Below are positions 12,630 to 26,275 of a stretch of 64,000 nt of DNA, piece by piece (position 1 is the first letter of the stretch; every line of letters begins with the position of its first letter). Source of the DNA: Octopus vulgaris (lineage: Eukaryota). The notes below the pieces were generated by a model. That model saw only the letters and a list, made by a program, of their open reading frames with translations, was not told the origin of the DNA and made no database searches. Location of the stretch: NCBI GenBank assembly GCA_951406725.2, contig OX597815.1, forward strand, positions 62,558,001 through 62,622,000. The letters are read 5' to 3'. The position numbers and the translations under genes are program-made.

Positions 12630-13828
12630 TGTATAGTCTGAACATAGTTGGGGAAATAATGTCTTTGATCTTTGGAGACCGTTGTAGTTTCGTGAATATG
12701 TTCATGTTTAATAGGGTGTAAGTCAAAATTTATCGGAAATCAGAGCGTGAATGAGGGGAATAAGCGAATGTTTGACTCTAATACCCGCACCAGAGTGAAT
12801 GCCATGTCCCGGCAATTGTGGATACAATAGTTTAAAGGTAGCTAGTGGAATGCAGTCTTTCACAATCAGAGCCTGAAATTCGAAAGAAAATTTTTGCGGC
12901 TTCAGGTTGTTGTATCTTTCACCCTGTTCCGTAACTGAGTATTGGACACCATATCAATACCAAATATGTCGATTTGAGAAATTTCATGAAATGCTACTTA
13001 TGATCAAATTTGAACTGGCAAGACTACTAAAAATCTATGACAATTCAAATCACATTGAACACTATCAATTCCACTGATTGGGGTTTGTAGAGATATTAAG
13101 CATCAAAATGGTTATCAAGCTCCCAAGGGGTGATTTTAAAGATGATGCCAATATTCAACAGGCAAGCATGCAGAGACGGAGTCATTATTCCTGATGAAAT
13201 TTAACAAAAAAAAAATCTGGAAAAAAGCAAACAGAGCAAGAAATCAAACATGTCATAATGGTCTTTGAGACAAGTGCAATATTCGTAGGAGCTACAGTGC
13301 CGATTTGTGACCAAAAATTCAAATCAGAACTTCTGAAGGAACTTATTTTAGATAAGTGGAACAATAACAATACCAAAGAAGAAATTATCTTGGAAACATC
13401 CTCCGAAGAAATAAACATCTAATGTAAAAAATAATGGATAACAACACACAAAGTCGAATAATATAGCTTTTAGGGATGTTGCATCTTGATATTGAACTTT
13501 CAATAATGCTACCAATGTTGATTTTTACACTATCTTAAGAATCAAATGCTTCAGTAGAGTGTACAGTTCCATCATACAATTTCCAGAGCAACCGTGGAAT
13601 TTTCACTGGTATAGTTAATCTATTATTAGTAGTATCTATTATACTAGTATCCAGTCTACCACTTGTAGTGTTTATTATACTCAAATAGTCACCACTTTAT
13701 CACGGGTAGTGAGTTACCATTTTGGTGATAGTGTTTTAGTATATTGCATGAAATTATTTCTCTTGCTTATGTAACAGGATGAGAGCTGCCGTCTAACAAT
13801 CTGATTATAACTTGTTTGCGTGTGTGTA

Positions 13829-13859
<31 letters not shown>

Positions 13860-13888
13860 ATGTATGTATGTATGTATGTATGTATGTA

Positions 13889-13933
<45 letters not shown>

Positions 13934-14728
13934 CTGTTGTTGCTTCTGTTGAGTGTATGTAATGTGTGTGTATACATGTCAGTCTGTGATGTGTCTGCCG
14001 ATGCTATTTCCTTATATGTAGGTGTATATGTGACTATGTGCATATATGTATGTGTATATGTATGTGCATGTGTGTGAACGTGTGTATACATATGTATGTA
14101 CGTATGTCAGCACGTGTCTGTCCACTTTTTGAGGCGTTGCTTCAAATTTATATGCGTAGGTTGATGTGTTCATGTATGTAAGTATGCATGTGTATATGCA
14201 AGTATCAATGTGTCTGCATATGTGTGGGTATTTGAGAGAGTATTTACTATTCAGACTGCATATGAGGGCTTATGTGTAACGCTATATCTGTGACTATGTG
14301 CATGTCTATGCATAATACACACACACATACATAAACACGCAGAGACGCACGTATGCACACGCACACACACATATGCACAGTCGTATGTACATGTGTATGT
14401 GCGTGTGTGTATGTGTGTGTACGTAGTGTATTTTAGAAACTACTGATATATGTGCATCTAAATCTACCTAAGGATGTCTGTGTATCAATTCATCACATCA
14501 TGTAAGAACGCGTTGACATGGCTGTACGTGTGTGTGTGTGTGTGTGTTTGTGAGTGTGTGTGTGTGTGTGTGATCACATTTGTCAATATGTAGATGTGTT
14601 TCCGTCTGCCTGCCTGTCTGCTTGCCCATCTCTAAATCTCTCTGTCTCGCTCTTCTCATGTATATTTGTATTGTGCATAGTTCTTACATATGTCTGTATA
14701 TGTGGAGTGTGTACACACACACACATAT

Positions 14729-14767
<39 letters not shown>

Positions 14768-14894
14768 CATATATATGTATAAAGTATGAAAATATATATA
14801 TATATATGTGTGTATATTATATATATTTATGTACACACACATATATACATATACATACATATATGTATATATGCATGTGTGTGTATGTTTCTTT

Positions 14895-14927
<33 letters not shown>

Positions 14928-15013
14928 CATATATACATACATATATATATATATATGTATGTATATATATATATATATATACACATATATAGATACATAT
15001 ATATATACATATA

Positions 15014-15053
<40 letters not shown>

Positions 15054-15762
15054 TATATGCATGCGTGTGCGTGTGTGTCGAGGGTATTCTTGACTTCTGC
15101 GAGAGAAATAACCTTTTGAAATGTCAGATGAACAGGTCATCGTTTGTTAAGGGCACTGGAGCAGAGTTTGTGCGTGTATGTATATGTGGGTGGATGTGGG
15201 TGTATATTTAGGTGTATGTGTTTGTGTATTTTTGTATGTGTGTGTTTATGTGTGTGCGCATGTGTATGTGTGTGTATGTCTGAGTTGGTGTGGGTCTGTA
15301 TATGCTTGTATGTGATCGTGTGTGCGCACGTTTAGGCGAGTTTGCATGTGTGTGTATGCGTGCGCATGTGCGTTTCTGTGTACGACTGAGTCACAGAGGA
15401 AAAGAGCAGACTATAAATAGGAGTGGTCAGAGAAGTGACCATAATGAAAGAGGGGGGAGTAGGAGATGAAGAGAAAAATACAAAAGCTAGAGAACGAGAA
15501 AGAGAAAGAGGCAGAGGGAGAGAGAGAGAGTGTGTGCGTGAAAAGGAAGACAAGAATGAAAGGGATAGGGAGATAAAGGGAGGCATTAGAAGTGTGAAGA
15601 AAAGAAGGAAAGAAAAGAGATACAAAAGAATAGTGTGAGAAAGAGAGGAAAGGTGAGAGTGTATATATGGGAGTAAAGGATATTCAAGTTCGTACTTGTG
15701 GATCATTTAAAGTCTAAACTTTGGAGAAATATGCGTATAAATGCATATTTATCACTGTATAC

Positions 15763-15797
<35 letters not shown>

Positions 15798-15873
15798 TGT
15801 ATGTATGTATGTATGTATGTATGTATATGTGTGTGTGTGTGTGTATGTGTGTGTGGTGTGTATGTATGTATGA

Positions 15874-15907
<34 letters not shown>

Positions 15908-16136
15908 AGCTATAGTTTACATATTTAGACAGACATACATTTAGATAGATATTTATCGTCTACATTTACATTCTATATTTCCACAATAACGGTTTCTAAT
16001 GGGCCAGTCTTTGGTTCATTGCATTTCTGCCTACAACAGAACAACTGTAATCCGGTGGACCAAAGGAACGCATGTTTTGCGTCTATGTTCTCATCTTCCA
16101 CCGATATACACGCAATATATAAACACACACACACAG

Positions 16137-16171
<35 letters not shown>

Positions 16172-17814
16172 TACACAGAAACACACACACACACACACAT
16201 ACACACAGACACATACACGCATACTCACAGTCTACTTAAAAATATACTTACATACATCATTAATCTCTGGAAGCCTCTAACAAACAACTAGACACCTTAC
16301 TAATAAAGAGATGGGCAGAATCTCCACGGAATGTATTTCCTGACTGAAGAACAAGGATACACACCTACAGATATTGGCACAGATTTGTTAACATACAAAG
16401 AATCCGGAAGTCTTTTTTTCCATCCGGATAACTTAATTTTCTCTGATTCCAAGTTCTTTTCTTCAAGTCCCATAATCAAATATATTTCATTCATGACTAG
16501 TTACACGTCGGAAAGCGGAAAAATAGTCAGGCCATTCATAGTGGTTTTACTAGGCTTGTTTTTCCCTATTTTACAATTTTGTAGGTACATACATTTTGGC
16601 CAAATTCATTCCAAACGTCCTTTCACGATGTCGTAACCGGCTCAAATCTCTATAAATGGAATGCTGTAACTGTTTGTATTCTTGGCTTCTGACTGTTTTT
16701 ATGCTTGGTAATCACAAAGAAAGTGCCAAGTAGCTGTTTCTACCCTCCTGTAGCCAATTTCTCCTCTTCAGTTTTCATTTCCAAACACGACAGCAAAATC
16801 ATTGAAAGTATAAATAGCGTCATAGAAAGACTGGTTTCTTGAATCATAGCCCAGCTCCATATCATGTTATCAGTGACAGTACAATTATTTTCTGTATTCT
16901 GAATGATGACCCAGGACAAAGCAAGGTTGTCTATACTCCTAATTATGGTCGCTGTAATTTTATTAAGTCAACAGGCTTATAGTCTCTACGAGCGACGAAT
17001 AGAATTAAAGAAATAAATTCAGAGAGACTGTAATTATTTTATACATAGTGACATGCAATATTTGCCCCTAGTTTTTCGCAATGTGAGTGGCTTTGTTTTT
17101 TGTTAATGGAGTTGTTTCTGCCAACTCCAAATCGAGTTTTAGATGTGGGTTGTGATGTGATACAAAATTCAGCATAACCCTTTTTATTAACTGACATAGG
17201 TCGTTCAAATTGCCCATATTGGTAGAGTAACTTACTCTGAAGTAATTGTTATACCTGTTCTTCTTTTCAGACAAATAATGGTTTTCAAGCAGAAGCAACA
17301 TGATGTTCAGTCTTTGACAAAGGAGGGGTCCGCGCTGTGTGTGCATCAATGATTGCCAGAAATCCCAAGGTTGATAACTGAGGGGGGAAACAAAAACAAA
17401 ATAAAACTAAAAACAACAACGGAAGAGTTCTCCCTAAAAGCAATAACCAAAAACAAAGAACCAAAACCTAGTTGTCTTGGATACACAAACTTCGAGTATA
17501 ATAAAGTCGTAAAGGATAAATGATAGGCCGAAGAAAATTAGCTCAATCAGAAGAAGAAAATGGATTGTTGAAAGGTTCGTAAAATTGTAAAATCAATTAG
17601 TTATATCTATACAGGGGAAAATAAGGATAATGATTTAACAGAAGAGTATAGGAATAAGTGTATAAAGTATAATCTGAAGGAGTGATTAGGAGGAAGTTTT
17701 TTGACAGTTTTCACTGAGGTGGAGATATTGGCTATAACTAAGGTGGCATCAAAAATTGTTTCTGGTTCAGGAAGGAATACTGCAAGGCATTTTTTCGGCG
17801 CTCCACTAGGTCAA

Positions 17815-17895
<81 letters not shown>

Positions 17896-17899
17896 TAAC

Positions 17900-18150
17900 A
17901 ATGTGAAGATAATGCCAATTATTGTTGTGTCTTGGAAACAGTATTAGAAGGCATCAAGAATATAAAGGAAATTGGAATAGAGTGCCCAGTAGAACTGTTG
18001 CAAAAGATTTGTTTCCTTGGCACGGCCAGAATAATCAGAAAAGTATTAGACAGCTGAAAAGAACGAATAGCATGGTACCATAGGCTGCAGGTAGTAAGCC
18101 CGTTACGCATGCAAGACTCTGGGAGCTCCAACAAAACCTGTGGATAAAAG
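17900..18150 (+). mobile_element. 3' end of an R4/Dong-like (restriction-like endonuclease) LINE within (TAA)n
   Basis: Translates IGIECPVELLQKICFLGTARIIRKVLDS*, the typical C-terminus of R4/Dong ORFs. Flanked by (TAA)n arrays, the known Dong target. Confidence 0.75.
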
Positions 18151-18204
<54 letters not shown>

Positions 18205-18251
18205 TGATGATGATAATGATGATTATGATGATGGTGATGATGGTAATAATA

Positions 18252-18298
<47 letters not shown>

Positions 18299-18589
18299 CT
18301 TTTGTTAATCGTGAACCCAGTCGGTCATCCCAAAAAGTTACATAAAGACTAACAGGTACAAGATGCGTCAGAAAAACGTTGCAGTCATTTTGCTTTGAAG
18401 CAGCTTAGCTGGTAAAGTTAAGGGGTGGGGTTGCTACATCTTGCATGTTAAAAATGTTAGACAACTCTGCTCAATAATTTTGCATAAACAAGCAAAATAG
18501 AGAATTCTGAAAACCAATTCCATTCTCGTGCGAATAATATTCCCTGGAAACTTTATTCCCTGTTTCATTTCTTTCTATCGTTGATAGCA

Positions 18590-19260
18590 TTAACCAACAT
18601 AGATATATATGAGTGGAGTCGGATATAAAACTCTACAGAAGGACAATCAACCACCTTTTACAAAATTGTACATTGCAAATGGAAAAGAAAACGAAGCAAC
18701 AACAACAAGTAGCAATATTGTTACTGAGAGCACACAGACTTAGTGGAGGAACTAATAAATAAAATTTGATTTAGAAAATGTGCCAAGACAAACTTCAATC
18801 ACTAATATCATTTTAGATCAAGAAAGACGGCGTAAATGAATTTGACCGAACGCAGACAGACAGACAATTAGGAATTAATGAGCAAGACATTGGAACACAC
18901 ACACACACAAAAGACAAGAAAAAAGGTTGCATGGAAATATGAGAAAAGTATTAGATTATCTCTTAAAACATAAGTACAGGTAAAAACTAGGATTATAAAC
19001 GACTATACTGTAGCTGTACAAACGACTATACTGTAGCTGTACTGTAGCTGTATATTCTCGACTGGACGCTAAGTGGATTGACAATGCTAGACAAGAAATC
19101 AAGAAAATCACTGATGACATTTAGACTACTCCCCAATCTCATATTCTTGTACAACAAGATTATATTAACCAGGAATGCAGTAGATAGGGTTATTGGGGAA
19201 ACAGAAACTGATATGCCTGCAGTGGGTCTACATATACCTCATGGACTCTACTGTCGTAAA
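18590..19260 (+). mobile_element. Highly decayed R4/Dong-like RT fragment
   Basis: Remnant motifs DIKLY, KFDL/E.C and LDKKSRKSLMTFRLLP..RLY. Weak support. Confidence 0.4.
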
Positions 19261-19674
19261 CTACAGATGCGGGATGTGCAAGATATTGCTGAACAAAATG
19301 ATTTGTTTATAATGATCAATTCACTCTCTTCATCAATTTAATATTACCTGTGTACAGGCGCATGGTTTGCCACACGTCAGATGTCAAAATAACCACAGAA
19401 CATTTTGAAAAGAAGTGCTTTGATCAAGAACATAACGTACAGCCTGATCCGAATATCGAAAACTACGACCTTGCGATGGTAAGTGCAACAAACTGACTGC
19501 TTGGCTACGCACTTAGCTACATAAATTTGGAATAACGAATTAAGGGCAACAAAATAGCCACATAATACAAATTAAACCAGCCAAGAGTCTTTTCTGTTCA
19601 GGGAAAGCAAATAATATGAACACAACTGTGAAGAAAATGAAGGAAGAACTACAAGAACGACGACGATGGCTACG

Positions 19675-19710
<36 letters not shown>

Positions 19711-19713
<3 letters not shown>

Positions 19714-19921
19714 TCTACTATAGGCACAAGGCCTGAAATTCTGGGGAGGGGAACTAGTCGATTACATCCACTTCAGTGTTTCAATGGTATTTAATTTATC
19801 GACCCCGAAAGGATGAAAGGCGAAGTCGACCTCGGCGGAATTTGAACTCAGAATCTAGCGACAGACGATATACCGCTAAGCGTTTCAGCCGGCGTGCTAA
19901 CGACTCTGCCAGCTCGCCGCC
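19711..19921 (-). mobile_element. SINE family B, full length, in (TAA)n
   Basis: rc ggcggcgagctggcagagtcgttagcacgccgg...ttcgcctttcatcctttcggggtcgataaatt...ggccttgtgcctatagtagaaag. Confidence 0.9.
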
Positions 19922-20210
19922 CAAACAATAATAATAATAATAAAAATATAGAGGCGGCACGGGCTAGGGTGTACCTTCGGGCAGTACAAATAACAACCGT
20001 TGCGAGCGGCAGAGCGTGGATAAATGATACTTACGGAGGATATACCATTCCACAGAGATAAGAAGCTTCAACATAATCGTCCAGAGATAACTTTCTTACA
20101 GAACGAGACCGAAAAATGAACCATCATTAACTGATGATCAAGTACCACAGGTGATGGTATTCTTGATGGTAATATGGGTGGATATGGAAATAGAGAGGGT
20201 GATGATAATG

Positions 20211-20243
<33 letters not shown>

Positions 20244-20643
20244 CTGGGGATGATGATGGTGATGACGACGATGGTGTCGAAGATGTCGATAATGATGATG
20301 ATGAAAGCTGTGGTAATTATGGTAAAACCAGCTGTGTTAATTTCATGTAGTGTTGCTGTTGTTGCTCTTGTTAGTGGTGGTGGTCGTCGTCGTGGTGATG
20401 GTGTGGTGGTGATGGCGGTGGTAATGGTGGTGGTGATGGTAGTGGTGATGGTGTTGGAGGTGGTGATGGTGGTGGCGGTGACAGTAGTAATAGTAGCAGT
20501 AGTGGGGATTATGGTGGTGGAAATGATTACTAAGTGCAGTGAGTTCTTAAGACTGCAACTGACTCTGTCCGTGGAACCAATATGAACAGAAGACGAAGAA
20601 ACAGAGTTCATATTTAAATATGGAGAAGCTGAAGAAGGTGGCC

Positions 20644-20730
20644 ATTAAGGACTTAATCCATCCTTAATCTTTACTAATCCCTTTGGATTAAGAATAAAGA
20701 GAGTTAATAATGACTTTAGTGGCGATTAAG
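20644..20730. promoter_or_regulatory. Candidate enhancer: phased cluster of K50-homeodomain (TAATCC/TAATCT) sites
   Basis: TAATCC 20654, TAATCT 20665, TAATCC 20675, GGATTA 20685 and CGATTA 20723, in non-repetitive sequence. Confidence 0.4.
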
Positions 20731-21283
20731 AAGTAAACAAGTCGACTTTAACTGAAATAAGAGTCTGTATTTGCGTGTTGCTTCGTTATATATACATGTA
20801 TACATACATATACGTACATACATACAAGAAACATACAACACATATACATGTACACACATATACACACAAATATAGATGTACATAGAGAGTGAGAGAGGAT
20901 GGGGAGAGAGATATAAATTTAACGGCAGAGTAGATCACTAACACGGCTAAAAACAAACATATATATGCACTTCACGTCATCGATTGTTGACTGAAGTTTT
21001 GCTGTTTCCGCAACAACAAATTTGTTAGCCTCACTGTGCCTATGAATTTACGAAAACCTCTAGAAGGGAAACTTTAGTAAAGATCGGATAAAATCTCAAA
21101 TAGTGTGTTTGCGTTAGCACAAAATGATACTATAATCTTGTGAGAATATACGAAAACAAAGATAAAAACAAAGATATATATATAGACTCATTACGCACAC
21201 GCACCCATGCATGCTCACACACACATATGTATGTATATATATATATATATATATATTTATATACACATCTCTCTCTCTCTCCC

Positions 21284-21383
<100 letters not shown>

Positions 21384-21519
21384 CTATGAAGCATTGTGTA
21401 GAATATATTGTATAAAACAATATGAAATAACTGCAAGGTAAATCACAAGAAAACATATATGAATTAATGTAGACTTACCTTGTATTCAATATTTCGGGTT
21501 CATGACCCCATTTTCAAGA

Positions 21520-22165
21520 AATTGACAAATGTTGCCGATGGCTGACTGTATGGTTGAGGACATGACTGTGAGAACCACCACAAATAGACGTCTCAGTACA
21601 GTCCCTTGAGGGACTCCACTGCGAATTGAAGTCTCTCAAGAGAGAGCACCTTATACTGCAACTGTCTGGCTTCTGCCTTTTAGAAAGTCATGCAGCCATT
21701 TCCAGTTTTCCAGGGATACCATTGTCACGCAGCTCGTGATATCCTCCCATGATAAGCTTTGTCAAAAGCCTTAAGAAAGTCGAGATTTATCATAGTCGAT
21801 TTAAACATAGTCGAGTGGTTGATCCCATTCGTAATACTGTAGCAGCTGTGTGATGCAGCTCCTCCCCGGACGGAAGCCATATTGTTTGTTTGTGAGAAAG
21901 TTACTTTCTTCCAGGAACGTGATCAGCTTCCTTCATAACCTGGCTAACAAGTGAAGTCGGAGACACATGCCTGTAATTTTGTAGCGTCTGCTGTACTTCC
22001 TCCTTCATGAATAGTACATATACCTCTCTTTTAGCAATGTAGATAGTTTACCACATGTAAGGAAACTCTGAAAAAAGGATCTGAAGTGGTTTTGTGAAGT
22101 ACTCGTTCGTGTCTTTAAAAGAACAACCGGAAAGCCATCTGGGCCGCTTGTTGAGTTCGAGTTCA
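21520..22165 (-). mobile_element. CR1-like LINE RT fragment, decayed
   Basis: rc motifs GPDGFPVVL, GFRPGRSCITQLL, LDFLKAFDK, WLHDFLKGRSQTV, GVPQGTVL. Confidence 0.8.
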
Positions 22166-22169
22166 TTTC

Positions 22170-22512
22170 ATGCATAGTCCCACTGCGTGGACCACGGGTA
22201 GGTATTTTCTACTATAGTTTTGGGCTGACTAAAGTCTTGTGAATGGATTTGGTAAACGGAAATTGAAAGAAGCCCGTCGTATATATGTATATATGTGTGT
22301 GTGTGTTTGTATGTCTTTGTGTCTGGGTTTGTCCCCGCATCATCACTACTTGACAACCGGTGTTGGTAACATAGCGGTTCGGCAAAAGAGACCGATAGAG
22401 TAAGTACTAGGCTTAAAAATATATGTCCTGGGGTCTATTTGTTTAGCTAAAACTTTTTAAGGCTGTGCTTCAGCATGGCCGCAGTCAAATGACTGAAAAA
22501 AGAAAAAGAACA
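22170..22512 (+). mobile_element. SINE family A, 5'-truncated
   Basis: Matches the 31258 copy from gtcccactgcg to the tail gcatggccgcagtcaaatgactgaaa. Confidence 0.85.
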
Positions 22513-23159
22513 AAAGTATAAAAGTATAAAGACATATATATACATATAAATATCATTTTAAGAAATATATCTCAATATACGTAATCGTATACTGATGCTG
22601 ATAGCCTTCTTATCACCAAGAGTCGCTGGTTGAAATAAGTAAAAGAATATAAGAGTCGCAATTGTAAGAGAACAAATAAATATATGCTGCTGAAGCATTA
22701 AACATAGAAGTTGGGGAGTAAATAAGAAATTAACGCTAGATCTGAAGGAGAGTGAATTATTCGAGAAGCACAACAAAAGTCCGCCATGAAAAACTGGTGC
22801 TATTTTTAATAGTACTGCCCTTTTACTGACACGTGGAACCTTTAATTAAATTAAAACAGCGATAATTAACTGAAAACGAACTAATTAATATTGCGAATCA
22901 AACTAAGATGTTTATCTAAATAGGAAATTTATAAGTTTAGTGTGAGAGAAAGCTGCAGAGAATGGAGTTTGAGTTAATATGGTTGAGGGCAGAGGGATTG
23001 GGGATATTTGCATGGTTGTGTGAGTATGTGTATGTACATATATGCATGAATGAGCTAATGGGTGTGTATGGATGTATCTATGTGCGTGCACGTCTGTATG
23101 TGTGTATGAAAGTATATAGACACACACACACACACACACATACATATATATATAGAGAG

Positions 23160-23470
23160 AGACTTACAAACAGGTTCCGACTAACATCCATTTCCTCTCG
23201 AAAAAGACGAGTTGTGAGCATTATTCTACTGCCTATATTCTTCAAAGTACTTATACTCTTTATTCTTTTATTTTATTCCCTGTAAATGTAAATTTACCCA
23301 CTTCTAAAATATTCATACTTTGTCTCTGATGACGGAATTCCTAGTTCACGGATATGCTAAACAACCACTTAGGTTATCCCAGAAACAGTTGCAAGACTTC
23401 AAATTCACTTTACCCAAATTAAATTATTCTTAATGACTTAAGATACTCGTTCTGCTTTGATTTTGGTTTT
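23160..23470 (+). mobile_element. Penelope-type terminal-repeat remnant with hammerhead-like motif (23322-23397)
   Basis: GTCT-CTGATGA-long stem II-GAAAC-AGTT-GCA-AGAC; stem I is GTCT/AGAC. Flanked by microsatellites. Confidence 0.5.
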
Positions 23471-23587
23471 TCCTCTAATATAATATAATATAATATAATA
23501 TAATATAATAAAATATAATAAAATATGATATAATATAATACAATACAATACAATACTATATAATATAATATAATATAATATAATATA

Positions 23588-23630
<43 letters not shown>

Positions 23631-23641
23631 TAGATAGATAT

Positions 23642-23688
<47 letters not shown>

Positions 23689-23889
23689 TGCATTTATGCA
23701 TATTTGTATGTATGTGCGTATATTTATCGTATGTAGGTATGCATGTATTCACGTTTAAGTTTAAATATTTCTCACCGAGAAAGAAAGAACCGTTTCTAAA
23801 GTCGACAACCCAGCAATTGTGTACGTATGCATGCATGTTCGTACGTGCGCACATAAGATTTTTTTAATATATGTATGCCTAATGCCTAA

Positions 23890-23951
<62 letters not shown>

Positions 23952-24371
23952 ATGTATGATGTATGCACGTGTGTATGTATGAATGAATAAAAGAATTATG
24001 CACGTGCTTTTTTTAGGGCAAAGGACAGCAAAACTCTAAAGATTTAACTAATACCCATTTGTCACTGGTAGTAAAATAATTTTTAGTTTTCTGCTAAATT
24101 CTTCATCATTCATTGATTGGTATTTAGTGCTTGGTTCTATACTTTAGAATTCATTCACCAAATTCCAATAAAACACTTTTTACGTAAATGATGTGTTGCT
24201 TTGTCAGAAGTTAAAAGTTAAAAATAGAAAACAACTGCTGGCGTTGATGGGATTCCGATCGAACTGTTTAAACTAAGAAGAAACAAGCAGCAGAATCTAA
24301 TATATAACATGTGGGGAAATGGCATGCAATCTTAAAATTAGAGAGATACGTGACTGATGGTAAAAATATAT

Positions 24372-24474
24372 GTTTACGGCCATATCACGTTGATAACATC
24401 GGTTCTAGAATGATAAGCGTCGGGCTGAGTTAGTAAAAGACAGGTGACCACTTGAGAAACCTAGTTGCTGTAAG
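24372..24474 (+). pseudogene. 5S rRNA pseudogene (internal deletion, substitutions)
   Basis: GTTTACGGCCATATCACGTTGATAACATCGGTTCT...CGTCGGGCTGAGTTAGTA..GGTGACCACTTGAGAAACCTAGTTGCTGTAAG parallels the invertebrate 5S consensus. About 15 nt around box A are missing. Confidence 0.8.
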
Positions 24475-24481
24475 GAAAGTC

Positions 24482-24652
24482 AGGCACACAAATGGCTTTG
24501 GGGTTAAGAAATTCGCATACCAGTCAATCACATGGTTTCGGATTCAGTCCCACTGCGCAGCACTTTGGCAAATGTCTTATACTATAGACCCGGGTCGACT
24601 AATGCCTTCTGAGCAAATTAGGTAGACGAAAACTGTGCGGAAGCCTGTCATT
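24482..24652 (+). mobile_element. SINE family A 5' half
   Basis: catggtttcggattcagtcccactgcgcagcactttggcaaatgtctt...gaagcctgtc. Confidence 0.8.
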
Positions 24653-24673
24653 TCTGAATATATATATATATAT

Positions 24674-24725
<52 letters not shown>

Positions 24726-24759
24726 GCGGTGGTGGAGTGATATAGTGATTGTATACTGT

Positions 24760-24985
24760 CAACTCAACGTGACAGTCTCGTAAGGGAATTACACCACCGC
24801 CATTTAGCCCTAGGAAACATCGACGTTTCCTGTCGGCTTTGACACATTTTCTGTGTCCTTATATTTGCAAAGGGGAGGCAATCACCCCCGCCAGCTGGGA
24901 CTAGCACCTAAAGACATATGTTTCTGAGTGTATTGCTCGTCATCAGTCCAGGGTAGTAAGTCTCGCTCGCTGAGATGACTGCAAC
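24760..24985 (-). mobile_element. Hammerhead-bearing non-coding repeat (same family as 56608-57225)
   Basis: Shares ctaggaaacatcg..tttcc..ggc and ttgcaa.gggagg..atc.c.ccc blocks with 56710-56805. Confidence 0.6.
24907..24952 (-). ncRNA. Minimal type I hammerhead ribozyme with canonical core
   Basis: rc: CCTGGA-CTGATGA-c-GAG caataca CTC-a-GAAAC-ATAT-GTC-TTTAGG. Stem I is 6 bp (2 G-U), stem III is the palindrome ACATATGT, and the cleavage triplet is GUC. Confidence 0.75.
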
Positions 24986-25102
24986 CTCTCTGCAAATATA
25001 TCCTATTATCAGTAAAATTTATTTACTGATCACCAAAGTTAGAAATATTGAATATCTAAATGTCTCAGAGAAGCATGAGCGGTGGTGGAGCGATATAGTA
25101 GT

Positions 25103-25149
<47 letters not shown>

Positions 25150-25153
<4 letters not shown>

Positions 25154-26235
25154 TTGGAAAAGGATGCGTGGCGTTCGGTCATATAATAATATAAATGATA
25201 TATAAATATATGCATATTTACATACATATATGTACATACCTATATATATATATATGTATATATACATGCATATATGGGTACAGGACATCAAAAAAAGCGT
25301 GTAACACAATGAAAAACGAAAACATAACAACAAAAACATAGGAACGAACTTGTTTTTTGAACAACGAAAAAATAGAGAAACGAGACATACATCATAAAGA
25401 ATATTTCCCTTCTTCAACTCTACGTTCGAAGGCAAGGACAAGATGCGACTGTTCTGAGACAGTTCTTCCCGCAAAGCAATTATTTATATTATTATATGAT
25501 CGAACGCCACACATCCTTTTCCAAGTAAGTTTTATCTTAATAATTACGATGCGCACTCTTCTATCTTTACTATCTCTTCTCTGTCTATCTCTATCCCTCT
25601 CTTATTCTTCATCCTTTCTGGTTTTCTCTCTCACCCTTTCCTATTCTTCTCCTCTCCTCTTCACAGTTCTCTCTCTCTCACTCACTCCTCCTTCTCCTCC
25701 TCCTCGACTCTCTCGTCGCTGACACGTGACGAAAGAGAATCTATCTTTCTGACCACTACCTTCGTAAAGACAAAACGTGCTTTTATTGTCTCCTTCATAA
25801 ACTCGTCTTCCTAGCGTTCATAATAATTTTTCTATCGTCTTGGCTTAACAACCCTCACCGTTTGTTTTTACTGTTTTGTTCTCACTGTCCTGTTCTTGTT
25901 ACCACTTTCACCCTCCTCAAAAGATCCCTAATTTGCTTTGCGGGAAGGATTGTTTCAACGGAGTCGCGTTTTGTCCTTGCCTTCGAACGCGGAGTAGATG
26001 ATACAGGGACAACTAAAGAAGGGGAATATTCTTTATGTTGTATGTCTCGTTTCTCTGTTTTTTTCGTTGTTCGAAAAAAGTTCGTTTCTATGTTTTTGCT
26101 TTAATGTTTTCGTTTCTCATAGTGTTCAACGTTTTTCGATGTCCTGTACCCATATATGCATGTATATATATATACATATATATGTAGGTATGTACATATA
26201 TGTTTGTATATATATGCATATATTTATATATTATA
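25150..26235. mobile_element. Non-coding repeat in Penelope-like inverted configuration
   Basis: 25150-25200 is the rc of 25480-25527, and 25200-25475 is the rc of about 25935-26230. A related copy lies at 44300-45293. Confidence 0.7.
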
Positions 26236-26244
26236 TTAAATATA

Positions 26245-26275
<31 letters not shown>

